Source of the DNA: a bacterium
Lineage (GTDB): Bacteria; Hinthialibacterota; Hinthialibacteria; Hinthialibacterales; Hinthialibacteraceae
Direction of reading: 5' to 3'
Assembly: GCA_963662285.2 (NCBI GenBank)
Contig: CAXXMV010000003.1
Location: forward strand, 64,001-128,000
DNA: 64,000 bases
Shown here: positions 48,043 through 58,792 of the stretch, piece by piece
Layout: every line of letters begins with the position of its first letter
Numbering within the stretch: the stretch's first letter is position 1
The notes under the pieces: model-generated
Seen by the model: the letters and a program-made list of their open reading frames with translations, nothing else
The model's database searches: none
Told to the model about the DNA's origin: nothing
Program-made: the position numbers and the translations under genes

Positions 48043-49137
48043 TTAACTTCTCGTGACAGGGCTTTCAGTCGTTTCCAGATCAAGTCTTATTCTGTTTCGT
48101 AAAAAGTAGGCCTTAAATACATAAAAAAGAATCACTCCAACGCCGGATATACCGCTTGCAAATAACATCACTTTACTTCCCATATTAAAGTACACATCCC
48201 ATCCCTGATCCATATCCAGCCAACCTAACTGGCGAAGATAAATGGGTACTGCGATTCCCCGGCTAATAACGCACAGGAAAATAACAATAACCGTTACCAG
48301 CCGGATATAAAGTTCCTTGACTACTTTCGTTCCATAAGCGCCGATATTAAGTCCAATCAGTGAACCAACATATAGAAGCAGGGAAAGCCGAATATCCACA
48401 TAGCCCAAATATACATAGTTTGATGCCAGAAAAGCGCCCATAAACATAGCGAGAAACAATTCGGTTCCGGTTGCGACTGTTGTGGGTAAACCAAATACAT
48501 ATATCATGGCGGGAACACCGATAAAACCACCAACTCCAATTGTTCCAGCCAAATAACCCGTCGCTAATCCTACTATCAATAGAATCCACAAGGAAATACG
48601 AACATCAGCCACAGGAAAAGTGATCATGGGGAATAATTTTAAATGAGACAATAACTTTATGATCTTTCTGGAGGGCCCAATTGATTCTTTCATTGTATTC
48701 CGAACATCTCTCATCATGAATATAGCAACTAATCCAAGCATCACGATAAACACTATACTGATATATAAATCAGCGGCCGCTGCACCACCTGCTCCATGAG
48801 TATCCACTTTACCAGCGAACAAAAAATCGTTAATGCGAACTGCAAGGTAATTTCCGGCAAATGCAGTCATGATGAGAAAAATACCTAGCTTTTTATCCAC
48901 ATTCCCCATCTCAGCATGCCGCTTGGCGCCCATCATCGCCTTTCCGAATTTGTGCGCCACATTGCTGGCTACGGCGACAACACCCGGAACTCCTAGGTTC
49001 ATCAAGCCGGGCGTCATGAAAAAAGCGCCCCCGCTTCCAATAAAACCACTAAGCGTTCCTCCAATGAAACCTAAAAGTATTACTTCAAAAGCGTCTAATA
49101 AATGGAGATCGATAAATTGATTCAAATCCAATGGCAT
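48043..49137 (-). CDS. TSUP (TauE/SafE) family permease
   Basis: GFIGGTLSGFIGSGGAFFMTP and GYLAGTIGVGGFIGVPAMIY repeats, VATGTEL, multiple TM helices. Confidence 0.9.
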   Translation of the reverse strand: MPLDLNQFIDLHLLDAFEVILLGFIGGTLSGFIGSGGAFFMTPGLMNLGVPGVVAVASNVAHKFGKAMMGAKRHAEMGNVDKKLGIFLIMTAFAGNYLAVRINDFLFAGKVDTHGAGGAAAADLYISIVFIVMLGLVAIFMMRDVRNTMKESIGPSRKIIKLLSHLKLFPMITFPVADVRISLWILLIVGLATGYLAGTIGVGGFIGVPAMIYVFGLPTTVATGTELFLAMFMGAFLASNYVYLGYVDIRLSLLLYVGSLIGLNIGAYGTKVVKELYIRLVTVIVIFLCVISRGIAVPIYLRQLGWLDMDQGWDVYFNMGSKVMLFASGISGVGVILFYVFKAYFLRNRIRLDLETTESPVTRS

Positions 49138-49200
49138 CTTTTTTTCTCCTTCTCTTATGAACAATAACAAACCTTAAAAATAACAGAAATCAGATTCTCA

Positions 49201-50736
49201 TTACTCCAACCTTACTAACTTACACAGCAAACGGGAAAACATGCCATAGGAATAAGAAAATACAGGGATAAATATAAATAATACCACGATGGATAGAATC
49301 CTCATGCTAAATACATCATTCGATAAAAATCGAAGAACCCAAACCTGATTCTTAAACACTAAAACGAATAGTATTATGGAAAATAGTAAATAACCTATCA
49401 TTTGCATTAACTGTTTTTTCCCGAAAAGAAACTGAGTTTGTAGGTCTTCAGCCAATACAACATGGCATTTCAACCGTTCGGCGAGAAAAGCGCATAGTTC
49501 CCGGCATAACCTTTTACGGGCGTGAATTCCTTTTGAAAGAAACAGTTCACCAACCACCACCAAACTGTAATCAACTCCTTTATCAATTCCCGAAAAAATC
49601 TGCTTGGGGGATGCTTTCAAGCAACTGCCTCCACCGGCGCGCTCCATTTTTATGAGATCGCAAAAGGTTTCTTTCATCCCGGCGTCATCCAAGCAACTAT
49701 CTTTAAAATGGTCCTCATTTTTCTCGCTTTGATCAGTTCTCCGTGTAGGAGCGATTTCAGAAAGTTCCATAGGACTCAATGAATGAATTTCATCTTCTTG
49801 TGAAATTTCAATATGTTGTTCTTCATCCATGGGAATAAAACGAAGCAATTCAATGGCGGCGTCCCACTTATTTGCGATATCCATAAGATGATTAAAGGCA
49901 TCACAGGAAGGATCAAATTTTTCCTGAATCCATAAGATGTTCGTACGAGCCATGGTACAGTAAATTTGTTTAACGCCATCTAGGGATTCAAGCAGAGGTG
50001 AGATATATTCAGATACTTGCGCTTGAAAGGGTTGATATGTTACTGATACTACTCCATTTGTAGACTTCACTTTCACTTGAGCATCACAGGTTTTTTCGTT
50101 CTCAGCCAAAATAAGTCTGGCGCGGGAAGCCAGCAGCTTATCTTCCAGCGCTCTTCGGGATGCCGGAGTTTCTTGAAAATCCGGCAGTTGAGAAAAAGAA
50201 CATAAAGCCACCGCTACGTTTTCAACATTCATTTGCGCCAGATTGACGACCATGTCATAATTCTCAGTCAATTCCCAGTCTACATTGTATAATTGCTTGA
50301 CCCATATTTTCCTATCTTCTTCCACTTGCTCTATATAATCTCTAGCCTTTTCACGGGAATAATCAAAACGTTGCATAACCGCCTGAATCCGGTATTCCAA
50401 ATCCGATATGACGCGCACCCGCAATACATGGCTTACTCCACTTAACAGAAGGTGACCAGCTCGACCATGATAGACAATATTTGATGCCAAGGCCCGCTCG
50501 CAAAGAAACTTTGTAACAAATGCTAAATATTGATCTTTAGCAATAAGAAGCGATTCCGTCATATAGTATTTCTTAAGCATGGCGGCTTCTATTTCTTTCA
50601 CTGGAAATCCTTGACGGTTGGCTTCTTCAAGCATTTCTTCTCTAGAGACGCAATCATATCCCAATTTACCGGCTAAACGTTCCGCAAGTTCTTTACCCCG
50701 GCTATAACTGCCTCGGGAAATACAAATGATCTGCAT
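49201..50736 (-). CDS. Cytidylate-kinase-like protein with BON-like, alpha/beta and C-terminal two-TM domains
   Basis: IICISRGSYSRGKELAERLA..LGY, NIVYHGRAGH.LL, HVLRVRVI, YDMVVN, then VKVKSTNGVVSV and two C-terminal TM helices. Confidence 0.8.
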   Translation of the reverse strand: MQIICISRGSYSRGKELAERLAGKLGYDCVSREEMLEEANRQGFPVKEIEAAMLKKYYMTESLLIAKDQYLAFVTKFLCERALASNIVYHGRAGHLLLSGVSHVLRVRVISDLEYRIQAVMQRFDYSREKARDYIEQVEEDRKIWVKQLYNVDWELTENYDMVVNLAQMNVENVAVALCSFSQLPDFQETPASRRALEDKLLASRARLILAENEKTCDAQVKVKSTNGVVSVTYQPFQAQVSEYISPLLESLDGVKQIYCTMARTNILWIQEKFDPSCDAFNHLMDIANKWDAAIELLRFIPMDEEQHIEISQEDEIHSLSPMELSEIAPTRRTDQSEKNEDHFKDSCLDDAGMKETFCDLIKMERAGGGSCLKASPKQIFSGIDKGVDYSLVVVGELFLSKGIHARKRLCRELCAFLAERLKCHVVLAEDLQTQFLFGKKQLMQMIGYLLFSIILFVLVFKNQVWVLRFLSNDVFSMRILSIVVLFIFIPVFSYSYGMFSRLLCKLVRLE

Positions 50737-50921
50737 GGTACGGCTGCCTCCTCATAACTAAATAAAATGATTTGATGTCAAGACAAAACGGATTCTGCGT
50801 ATGCTTAAAATTCTAATTTTTAAAACCTCGAGTAGGATATTTGTGTAGTATTCGTCCCAAAAACGATAATACGTGGGAAAAGAAAAGGCATGTAGCATTC
50901 CTCAAAAAATCATTTCCCTTG

Positions 50922-50938
50922 TTGGCAACATGATTGCA
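50922..50938 (+). promoter_or_regulatory. Possible sigma54 promoter
   Basis: TTGGCAACATGATTGCA fits GG-N10-GC. The target is unclear. Confidence 0.4.
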
Positions 50939-51414
50939 ATGAAAAACACTTATGGTATTAGACCTGATAACATTTTATATGTCAATTTTTATATGGCATT
51001 TTTTCCAAAAAAATATTGAACAATGTTCAAAATCATGTTCCTTTATTATTCCATGCACTCTGGAACTTATTTCAACTCATAATGTAGATAGATCGAGTCA
51101 ACCACCCAAGGCATGGCCTGAGTTTAGCCCTATCATCGCTTTTGGAGACTTATTCTCTAAGAATCATAATAATATTATCTGTGACCGTATACATTACAAA
51201 ATATTATATATATGTAATCCTACAAGCTACTTATTTATTAGATGATTATCATTATCTCTATTTTAATATTAAATATTTCCCTATCAATAATTGAAATTAA
51301 AAAAAATATAACAATTATAACCTATTTATTCATAGATACTTACATCGTATACATCTGAAAATCCACCAATCTCTATTATCATTGAATTGCACTGAAATTA
51401 AATCAAATCATAAA

Positions 51415-51430
51415 TGGCGCCACTATTGCT
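51415..51430 (+). promoter_or_regulatory. sigma54 promoter of the chemoreceptor gene
   Basis: TGGCGCCACTATTGCT (GG-N10-GC), about 57 bp upstream of the ATG at 51488. Confidence 0.65.
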
Positions 51431-51487
51431 CATTAAGCAATGCGAGTTATCGCAAAGATAACTAATTCAAAAAAGATGGAGATTATT

Positions 51488-53680
51488 ATGTATAGAATTA
51501 ACTCGATAAAATCAAAAATAATGTTTCTCTGCTCTGGAGCGGTGTTGTTAACTGCCGTCGTTCTGGTTAGCGTACTTGTCTGGCAGAAGGGTATTTTAAC
51601 CACAAAGGTTACTAACGAACTAAATATCCTGGCCCAAAACGAAATCAGTAAAATTGCTAAAGACGTTTACCTGATGTGCCGGGCGACTAGCGAAAGCGTT
51701 AAACAAAAAGTAACTGAAAATGGCAATGTGGCTCGCAGTCTATTGGATAAAGCAGGAAACATCTCCTTATCTGAAGAAACGAACAGCATCAATGTCATTA
51801 ATCAATCTAACAATACATCGAGTCAAGTTCAACTGCCAAAATTAATGGCTGGCGATAAATGGTTGGGCGAATTCGATAGCGCATCAAATAGATTTCCTGT
51901 AGTAGATGAAGTTAACCATCTGGTTGGAAGCATGTGCACAATCTTTCAACGCATGAACGATCAGGGCGATATGCTTCGCATCAGTACAACAATAACTGAT
52001 TCAAATGGCGTACGGCAGATTGGCGCTTATATCCCAGCCAAGATGGCTGACGGCTCATCAAATCCCGTCATTTCAGCTGTTCTGAGAGGATCAACATTTA
52101 ATGGTAGATCAAAAGTCTTAGGTGATTGGTGTCTCTCGGAATACAATCCGATCAAAGATACAAACGGTAATATTGTAGGTATGTTGGGCGTTGCCGTCAA
52201 AGAAGAAAGCGTTAAAAGTTTACGAAACGGCATCATGGATATCGTGGTTGGAAAAACTGGTTATGTCTTCATCCTGGGTGGTTCTGAAGATCAAAAAGGA
52301 GACTATATAATTTCATATAAAGGCGAACGAGATGGAGAAAATATCTTGAACGCCAAAGATACTAATGGCAACCTGTTTATTCAAGAAGTTATACAAAAAG
52401 GTCTTACCACATCTAACGGCAAATCAGAATTTCACTCATACCCCTGGCAGAATAAAGGCGAATCAATTATTCGCAACAAAATTACCGCTATCACTTATTT
52501 CAAGGATTGGGATTGGATTATTGGCGTTGGCGCCTATGAAGAAGATTACTTAGACACTCAACAAAGGGTAAATGATTCGTTGAACACAATGCAATTCATT
52601 ATAATTTTAGGGGCAATTATACTCTGTATTGCATTCGGATTTCTGGCTATATTCATTGCTTCAAAAATCGCCAATCCAATTAAACAAGCCGTTGATTTCG
52701 CTTCCATTGTTGCTGACGGCGATTTGACCAAAACTATTGATAACAAACAAAAGGACGAAGTCGGAGTACTGTGCGCCGCCTTGAACCGCATGGTATCCAG
52801 TACGGCTGAAGCCGTTATGAGCATCCAGGCCGGCGCCGAACAGGTGGCCGCCAGCGCAGAAGAACTCTCCGCTTCATCCCAAAGCCTGGCCAGCGGCGCA
52901 ACCGAACAAGCCGCCAATCTCGAAGAAACATCAGCTTCAATTCAACAACTAACCAGTTCGATTGATGATAACGCGGCCAATGCCAGCGGCGCTAATGATA
53001 TTACCATAAAAGCGGCCTCTGAAGCCGAAGAAGGCGGCAAGGCGGTGCAGGAAACAGTCAGCGCCATGAAAAAAATCGCCGAACAAATCGGCATCATTGA
53101 CGACATCGCCGATCAAACTAACCTGCTGGCTCTCAACGCTGCCATCGAAGCGGCCCGCGCAGGCGAAATGGGTAAAGGATTCGCCGTGGTTGCGGTTGAA
53201 GTTCGAAAACTGGCTGAACGCAGTCAGGAAGCGGCTAAAGAGATCAGTTCCGTTGCTCAAGACAGCGTTATTAAAGCGGAACAAGCTGGCGCATTGATCG
53301 CAAGCGTTGTTCCCGCCATTCAGGATGCTTCCGATAGAGTAAAGGGAATCAATCAATCCTGCGATGAACAATCAAACGGCGCCGATCAAATCAAGCAGGC
53401 CATTATCCAACTGGATGAAGTAACGCAACAAAACTCCGCCGCCAGCGAAGAATCCGCTTCAGCCAGCGAGGAACTCGCTTCACAAGCCCAGTTCCTACAG
53501 GAAACTGTCAGCCGGTTCAAAACAAATCAGCAAAGGTTTAATCCAACTAAGTCACTCAGTCATACCAACAATGATATATATCATACTCAACCTGGCTCAA
53601 ATACAGCATCTTTGCCTGCTCCAACCCGCTTAACATCTAACAGTGGAACTAGCAACGCAGATGAATTCCGTGAATTCTAA
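51488..53680 (+). CDS. Methyl-accepting chemotaxis protein with tandem Cache domains
   Basis: [18 protein letters not shown] (Cache_3-Cache_2-like), [16 protein letters not shown] (Cache_2), [37 protein letters not shown]-terminal EFREF. Confidence 0.95.
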   Translation: MYRINSIKSKIMFLCSGAVLLTAVVLVSVLVWQKGILTTKVTNELNILAQNEISKIAKDVYLMCRATSESVKQKVTENGNVARSLLDKAGNISLSEETNSINVINQSNNTSSQVQLPKLMAGDKWLGEFDSASNRFPVVDEVNHLVGSMCTIFQRMNDQGDMLRISTTITDSNGVRQIGAYIPAKMADGSSNPVISAVLRGSTFNGRSKVLGDWCLSEYNPIKDTNGNIVGMLGVAVKEESVKSLRNGIMDIVVGKTGYVFILGGSEDQKGDYIISYKGERDGENILNAKDTNGNLFIQEVIQKGLTTSNGKSEFHSYPWQNKGESIIRNKITAITYFKDWDWIIGVGAYEEDYLDTQQRVNDSLNTMQFIIILGAIILCIAFGFLAIFIASKIANPIKQAVDFASIVADGDLTKTIDNKQKDEVGVLCAALNRMVSSTAEAVMSIQAGAEQVAASAEELSASSQSLASGATEQAANLEETSASIQQLTSSIDDNAANASGANDITIKAASEAEEGGKAVQETVSAMKKIAEQIGIIDDIADQTNLLALNAAIEAARAGEMGKGFAVVAVEVRKLAERSQEAAKEISSVAQDSVIKAEQAGALIASVVPAIQDASDRVKGINQSCDEQSNGADQIKQAIIQLDEVTQQNSAASEESASASEELASQAQFLQETVSRFKTNQQRFNPTKSLSHTNNDIYHTQPGSNTASLPAPTRLTSNSGTSNADEFREF

Positions 53681-53691
53681 ATAAAGAATCA

Positions 53692-53724
53692 AGCGTCCTG
53701 CTTTGTCATAATCGAAGCAGGGCG
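53692..53724 (+). terminator. Hairpin between the MCP genes
   Basis: GCGTCCTGCTTTG-loop-CGAAGCAGGGCGT with a weak U tract. Confidence 0.45.
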
Positions 53725-53817
53725 TGTAATTTCGCATACATAACCTTTCTAGTGAACATCAATCATGATTTACTAAAACATTTTGTAGTAAACAAAACAT
53801 ATAAGTGAGGGATAATT

Positions 53818-55746
53818 ATGATGAGACTCAATATTCGTAACAAGATTTTTATTAGTGTTGTACCGGTAGTTTTGCTCGCATTAGTAGGAACGGGATTGAT
53901 CACCTATAATCAATCATCAAAAACAATCAAAGCTCAAGAATTAAAAGGCATTGAACAACTTACCGATAATCTTGTCCGCACATTAGACCACTGGTTTCAA
54001 TCCAGATTGAAATTCGCGGAGACTATAAGTGAAGACGCAATTTTTGCACAGGCTTGTAAAACAGGCGGAGTTGAAGCTGCCAACCTTTGCCTAAAAAACA
54101 TTTTTGACAAGCATGGAGTTTACGAAAATCTAATCTTGATGAATCCTGACGGAATCACCATCGCCGCCGCGATACCGCAAGCCATTGGATTGGACGTTAA
54201 GTCTGTCCCAGTTTATACCATCAATATTGACAAGGGAAGTCAAGGAAAAACCCATATCGGCGACGCTTTTGCCTCACCTGTTACCGGACGCCCTGTTTCA
54301 TTAATTACCGTACCAGTTTTTGATGCAGGACAAGTTGTAGGTATATTAGGCACCCCCATCGAACTCGAGACTTTCTCTAAGACGTTTATTGATCCCATCA
54401 CTCTTGGCAAGACCGGAAATATTGCGGTTATTGATAAAAACGGCATCACTCTGGCGCATAAGAATAAAGATTATATTTTGAATTTAGATCTTTCAAAACA
54501 CGATTTCGGTAAAAAAATCCTTGCTCAAAAAAATGGCAACCTCGAATATGAGTGGGACGGAATAGATAAAATTGCGGTATTTAAAGAATACGAAAACTTG
54601 AACTGGATCGTTCTTGGTCTGGTGGAAACAGAAGATTTTCTTTCTAGCATTAAAGTTATTCGAACAGTTGTATTTATCTCCATTTTACTATGCTTAATAA
54701 TTGTAGCTTTTATAGTCTTCTACCTTGCTCAATCTATCACCGGTCCGTTAAAAGAAAGCGTTCAATTAGCCAAAAAAATGGCTTTGGGAGATTTCACGGA
54801 AATACTGACCGCCCGAAGCAAAGATGAAGTAGGTGAATTGGTTACAGCGCTCAATGAAATGACTTTAACCCTGACTCCTATAATTGCTCAGATCAATGAA
54901 GCATCAGAACAGGTGGCATCCAGCGCAGAAGAACTTTCCTCTTCTTCCCAAAATCTTGCTAGCGGCGCTACCGAGCAAGCCGCTAATCTCGAAGAGACTT
55001 CCGCATCTATCCAACAACTTACCAGTTCTATCCAAGATAACGCTACCAATGCCAGTGATACCAATAACATCACAATTAAAGCTGCCTCCGAAGCCGAAGA
55101 AGGCGGCAAAGCTGTTCAAGATACTGTCGGCGCTATGAAAAAAATCGCTGAACAAATCGGCATTATCGACGACATCGCCGACCAAACCAACCTTCTGGCT
55201 CTCAATGCCGCCATCGAAGCGGCCCGCGCTGGAGAAATGGGTAAAGGATTCGCCGTGGTTGCCGTCGAAGTACGCAAACTGGCCGAACGTAGTCAGGAAG
55301 CAGCTAAAGAGATCAGTTCCGTCGCTCAAGACAGCGTTGTTCAGGCTGAACGTGCAGGCGCCTTGATTCAAAACGTTGTACCCGCCATCCAGGATGCTTC
55401 CGATAGAGTCAAGGGAATCAATCAATCCTGCAATGAGCAAGCCAACGGCGCCGATCAAATCAAGCAAGCCATTGTCCAATTGGATGAGGTCACCCAACAA
55501 AACTCAGCCGCCAGTGAACAATCCGCTTCGGCAAGCGAGGAACTCGCTTCACAAGCGCAATTCCTACAAGAAACAGTTAACCGCTTCAAGATTAATCGAC
55601 AATTCATCCATGCCAATTCATCCACCAGTAAACCAATAAGTAGTTATAACGCACGACCTGGTTCATCCAGGGCATCTCTTCCGGCGCCTTCCCGCTTCTC
55701 AAAAAAAGATGAAATTAATGATGCGGATGAATTCAGTGAATTCTAA
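53818..55746 (+). CDS. Methyl-accepting chemotaxis protein with dCache_1 domain
   Basis: [20 protein letters not shown]...IDKNG..LAH, TM, HAMP, MCP signal domain, C-terminal EFSEF. Confidence 0.95.
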   Translation: MMRLNIRNKIFISVVPVVLLALVGTGLITYNQSSKTIKAQELKGIEQLTDNLVRTLDHWFQSRLKFAETISEDAIFAQACKTGGVEAANLCLKNIFDKHGVYENLILMNPDGITIAAAIPQAIGLDVKSVPVYTINIDKGSQGKTHIGDAFASPVTGRPVSLITVPVFDAGQVVGILGTPIELETFSKTFIDPITLGKTGNIAVIDKNGITLAHKNKDYILNLDLSKHDFGKKILAQKNGNLEYEWDGIDKIAVFKEYENLNWIVLGLVETEDFLSSIKVIRTVVFISILLCLIIVAFIVFYLAQSITGPLKESVQLAKKMALGDFTEILTARSKDEVGELVTALNEMTLTLTPIIAQINEASEQVASSAEELSSSSQNLASGATEQAANLEETSASIQQLTSSIQDNATNASDTNNITIKAASEAEEGGKAVQDTVGAMKKIAEQIGIIDDIADQTNLLALNAAIEAARAGEMGKGFAVVAVEVRKLAERSQEAAKEISSVAQDSVVQAERAGALIQNVVPAIQDASDRVKGINQSCNEQANGADQIKQAIVQLDEVTQQNSAASEQSASASEELASQAQFLQETVNRFKINRQFIHANSSTSKPISSYNARPGSSRASLPAPSRFSKKDEINDADEFSEF

Positions 55747-55777
55747 GGCAACTCAATCCTTAATAACGTAAATAGAC

Positions 55778-55817
55778 GCGCCTCTTTTCTTTCAATAGAA
55801 AAGGGGCGCATATTTTA
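55778..55817 (+). terminator. Probable intrinsic terminator
   Basis: GCGCCTCTTTTCT-loop-AGAAAAGGGGCGC followed by ATATTTT. Confidence 0.6.
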
Positions 55818-55982
55818 TCATCCTCTCTAATACATAAGTCATATCAATACAGAGTATTAAAAGTCAATCTGCAATAATGCTGCTAAAATCTTTCCATGAT
55901 CATAATCAACTATAAAGATGTGCTGTAAAATGTCGATACTGGTACTAAGCACTTTAATTGAAATGACGAGGGCAGGTTGATT

Positions 55983-56180
55983 ATGCCAAGTAATAGAGAT
56001 CCAGATGATCCTACGCGCTCCGAGCGCACGCCATTCAATATCCAGGCGGATTTCCGCGAAACGGACCGCTCGTTTCGCATAAAGTTGGGCGCCATGCTGC
56101 CCAATGAGTTATCCGACCGGGTAAACGAAATTATCTCCGCCCGTTTTCCAGATGTGGAAAAAGAGCAGGAAGCAATTTAG
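55983..56180 (+). CDS. Small hypothetical protein (65 aa)
   Basis: GC-richer ORF in an AT-rich spacer, GAGGGCAGG upstream, protein-like composition. Confidence 0.45.
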   Translation: MPSNRDPDDPTRSERTPFNIQADFRETDRSFRIKLGAMLPNELSDRVNEIISARFPDVEKEQEAI

Positions 56181-56260
56181 TTATTTCCCTTTCCCCTATA
56201 ATTTATTCAAAATTACCTGATTTATCAACACTTAGTTTATAATAGACGCTATGTTTCATA

Positions 56261-56286
56261 GGGCGCCCACTAGAGGCGCACCCTAC
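56261..56286 (-). repeat. REP family B copy (inverted)
   Basis: GGGCGCCCACTAGAGGCGCACCCTAC. Confidence 0.75.
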
Positions 56287-56363
56287 TTTTTGTGCGGCTA
56301 TCAATAATACTTAAAAAATCATAATATGTTTGAGTTTGTAAAATTCGAATATGGAGAAAATCG

Positions 56364-58466
56364 ATGTGGACTTGGCGTTCAGAATTTAAATTAGTGCTTT
56401 CAATTTGTGTCTGTTTTACTATATTGGGAGGTTCTACTATAGTGGCATTTGGAAATGATGGATTTCGTCCTCCGGCGGTTCCTTTGATGGTTCATGATCC
56501 CTACTTCAGCATGTGGTCGATGAATGATTGTTTAACTGATGATTGGACCAAACATTGGACCGGGCAGACTCAAGCCATGTGCGGTCTGGTGCGTATTGAT
56601 GATAAACCATATCGCATCATTGGCCCGCAGCCGGATAAGGTTCCTGCGCTGAAGCAATTATCGGTTGAAGTTTTGCCGACTAGAACCATTTATTCTTTTC
56701 AAGGCGGTGGGATTGAGATTGAATTGACCTTTTTGTCTCCATTGCTGGTTGATAATCTGGAGATACTGAGCCGTCCGGTTAGTACGATTAATTGGAGAGT
56801 GCAATCGATTGACGGCAAAAAACATGAGGTATCGGTTTATTTGGATATTACTGGTGAACTGGTAGTTGATAATGCAAATCAAGCGATTACATGGACACGG
56901 TTGAAGATTGACGATATGAATGTGCTGCGTATGGGTACGGTGGAGCAGCCGGTGTTGGAGAAGACGGGCGACAGGCGGTGCATCGATTGGGGATATGGTT
57001 ATCTGATCGCTTCTGAAGATACAGATACGGTGATTGCAGAAGATAAATTAACGCGGAACCTTTTTGTTGAAAACGGGAAATTACCCGATACCGATGATTT
57101 TCAGATGCCCCGCGCTGCTTCTGATAAATGGCCGGTTATGGCTGGTCTGATGGATTTCGGCAATATCGGAGAACATCAGGTTGACCGTCAAATTCATGTC
57201 GCTTATGACGACCTCTATTCGATTGAATATCTTGACCGCCCCTTGAAGCCTTATTGGCGCAAGTTCTACAACAATGCGCAGGAATTGATTAGCGCTGCGG
57301 TGGGGCAGTATGATGAAGTGTTGGCTAAATGCATCAGGTTCGATGAAGAACTGATGAAGGATATGGAACGAATCGGCGGCGCTAAATTCGCTGATATCGG
57401 GGCGTTGGCTTACCGTCAATGTCTGGGGGCGCATAAACTGGCGATGGATTTTGATGGAACGCCATTGCATTTCTCTAAAGAAAACTTCAGCAATGGCTGC
57501 ATCGCTACAGTTGACGTCACTTATCCGGCATCACCGTTTTTTATGTTGTTTAACACTGAACTTTTGAAAGGTCAGATGATTCCCATATTGGAATACGCCG
57601 GGTCGAAGCGCTGGGTTTTTCCATTTGCGCCGCATGACCTGGGGCAGTATCCCAAAGCTAATGGGCAGGTTTATGGCGGGGGCGAGAAATCTGAAGAGAA
57701 TCAAATGCCGGTTGAAGAATCGGGCAATATGCTGATTATGTGCGCCGTTATCGCCCGGATTGAAGGTAATGCCGATTTCGTCAAAGAATACTGGCCTTTG
57801 TTGAGCCGATGGGCTGAGTTTCTGGAGCAGCAAGGCATGAACCCTGAAAACCAACTATGCACTGATGACTTCGCCGGACATCTGGCGCATAACAGCAACC
57901 TTTCGCTTAAAGCCATCATGGCCTTGGGCGGCTTTTCTAAACTATGCGCTATGGTGGGCGATGATGAAAAAGCGCAATACTATTTGAATCTCTCCAAACA
58001 GATGGCGCAGCAGTGGATCAAGATTGCTGATGATGGCGATCATTACCGTTTGGCGTTTGATAAATCAGGAACCTGGAGCCAGAAATATAATCTGGTATGG
58101 GATGAATTGCTGGATTTAGACTTGTTTCCCGAAGAGGTAGTCAAAAAAGAGATTGCCTATTATAAGACGGTGATGAATTCATACGGGTTGCCTTTGGATA
58201 ACCGTTCGAAATATACCAAGGCTGATTGGCTGGTGTGGACGGCGTCGCTTACCGATAACCGGGATGATTTTATTAGTTTTATTGATCCATTACACCGTTT
58301 CCTGAATGAAACGCCTGACCGCATCCCATTCACTGACTGGTATTGGACCCATGAACCGAAACAACGCGGTTTTCAGGCCCGGTCTGTTGTCGGGGGGGTG
58401 CTTATTCCATTGTTGTATGATGATGATATTTGGGAGAAATGGTCGCGGCGGTCTATGGTGAAGTAG
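56364..58466 (+). CDS. Secreted GtaA-like (DUF5127/DUF4965/DUF1793) six-hairpin hydrolase-like protein
   Basis: RPPAVPL..HDPYFSMWS, SKENFSNGCIATVDVTYP, APHDLGQYP, MPVEESGNM, QLCTDDFAG, WSQKYNLVWD, FQARSVVGG. Confidence 0.9.
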   Translation: MWTWRSEFKLVLSICVCFTILGGSTIVAFGNDGFRPPAVPLMVHDPYFSMWSMNDCLTDDWTKHWTGQTQAMCGLVRIDDKPYRIIGPQPDKVPALKQLSVEVLPTRTIYSFQGGGIEIELTFLSPLLVDNLEILSRPVSTINWRVQSIDGKKHEVSVYLDITGELVVDNANQAITWTRLKIDDMNVLRMGTVEQPVLEKTGDRRCIDWGYGYLIASEDTDTVIAEDKLTRNLFVENGKLPDTDDFQMPRAASDKWPVMAGLMDFGNIGEHQVDRQIHVAYDDLYSIEYLDRPLKPYWRKFYNNAQELISAAVGQYDEVLAKCIRFDEELMKDMERIGGAKFADIGALAYRQCLGAHKLAMDFDGTPLHFSKENFSNGCIATVDVTYPASPFFMLFNTELLKGQMIPILEYAGSKRWVFPFAPHDLGQYPKANGQVYGGGEKSEENQMPVEESGNMLIMCAVIARIEGNADFVKEYWPLLSRWAEFLEQQGMNPENQLCTDDFAGHLAHNSNLSLKAIMALGGFSKLCAMVGDDEKAQYYLNLSKQMAQQWIKIADDGDHYRLAFDKSGTWSQKYNLVWDELLDLDLFPEEVVKKEIAYYKTVMNSYGLPLDNRSKYTKADWLVWTASLTDNRDDFISFIDPLHRFLNETPDRIPFTDWYWTHEPKQRGFQARSVVGGVLIPLLYDDDIWEKWSRRSMVK

Positions 58467-58490
58467 GTATGTTGAATCGGAAGTGATCGT

Positions 58491-58748
58491 ATCAAGGGCA
58501 GAAAATACACTGCCCTTGGCACCCGCTCATCATTAACATAAGTTGTTTTGAAATTCCCCCTCACCCTTTCCCTCTCCCATCGGGAGAGGGGAAGCGTTGA
58601 TAGAAGGTGATAGATTTTAATAAGTGGCTTGATCAAGGGCTGACCGCATTGCGGTCTTGCTCTTGCCACCCGTCTCTCCCGATGGGAGAGGGGAGGTGTT
58701 GATAGACGGTGTTTGGTGATTCGGGCGCCCACGAGGGGCGCGCCCTAC
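58491..58748. repeat. Composite REP cluster (families D, C, D, C, B)
   Basis: Copies at 58491-58524, 58556-58591, 58631-58671, about 58674-58693 and 58722-58748 match copies elsewhere in the window. Confidence 0.85.
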
Positions 58749-58792
58749 AGGATTTATGGAATTCTTTATAAAACGATAAAGAAGGTGTGATT

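Noticed and set aside
50952-51245. 97-aa ORF after a sigma54-like motif
   Set aside because: AT-rich, no RBS, and I/F/C-rich composition typical of non-coding DNA. Not called as a CDS, though not excluded.
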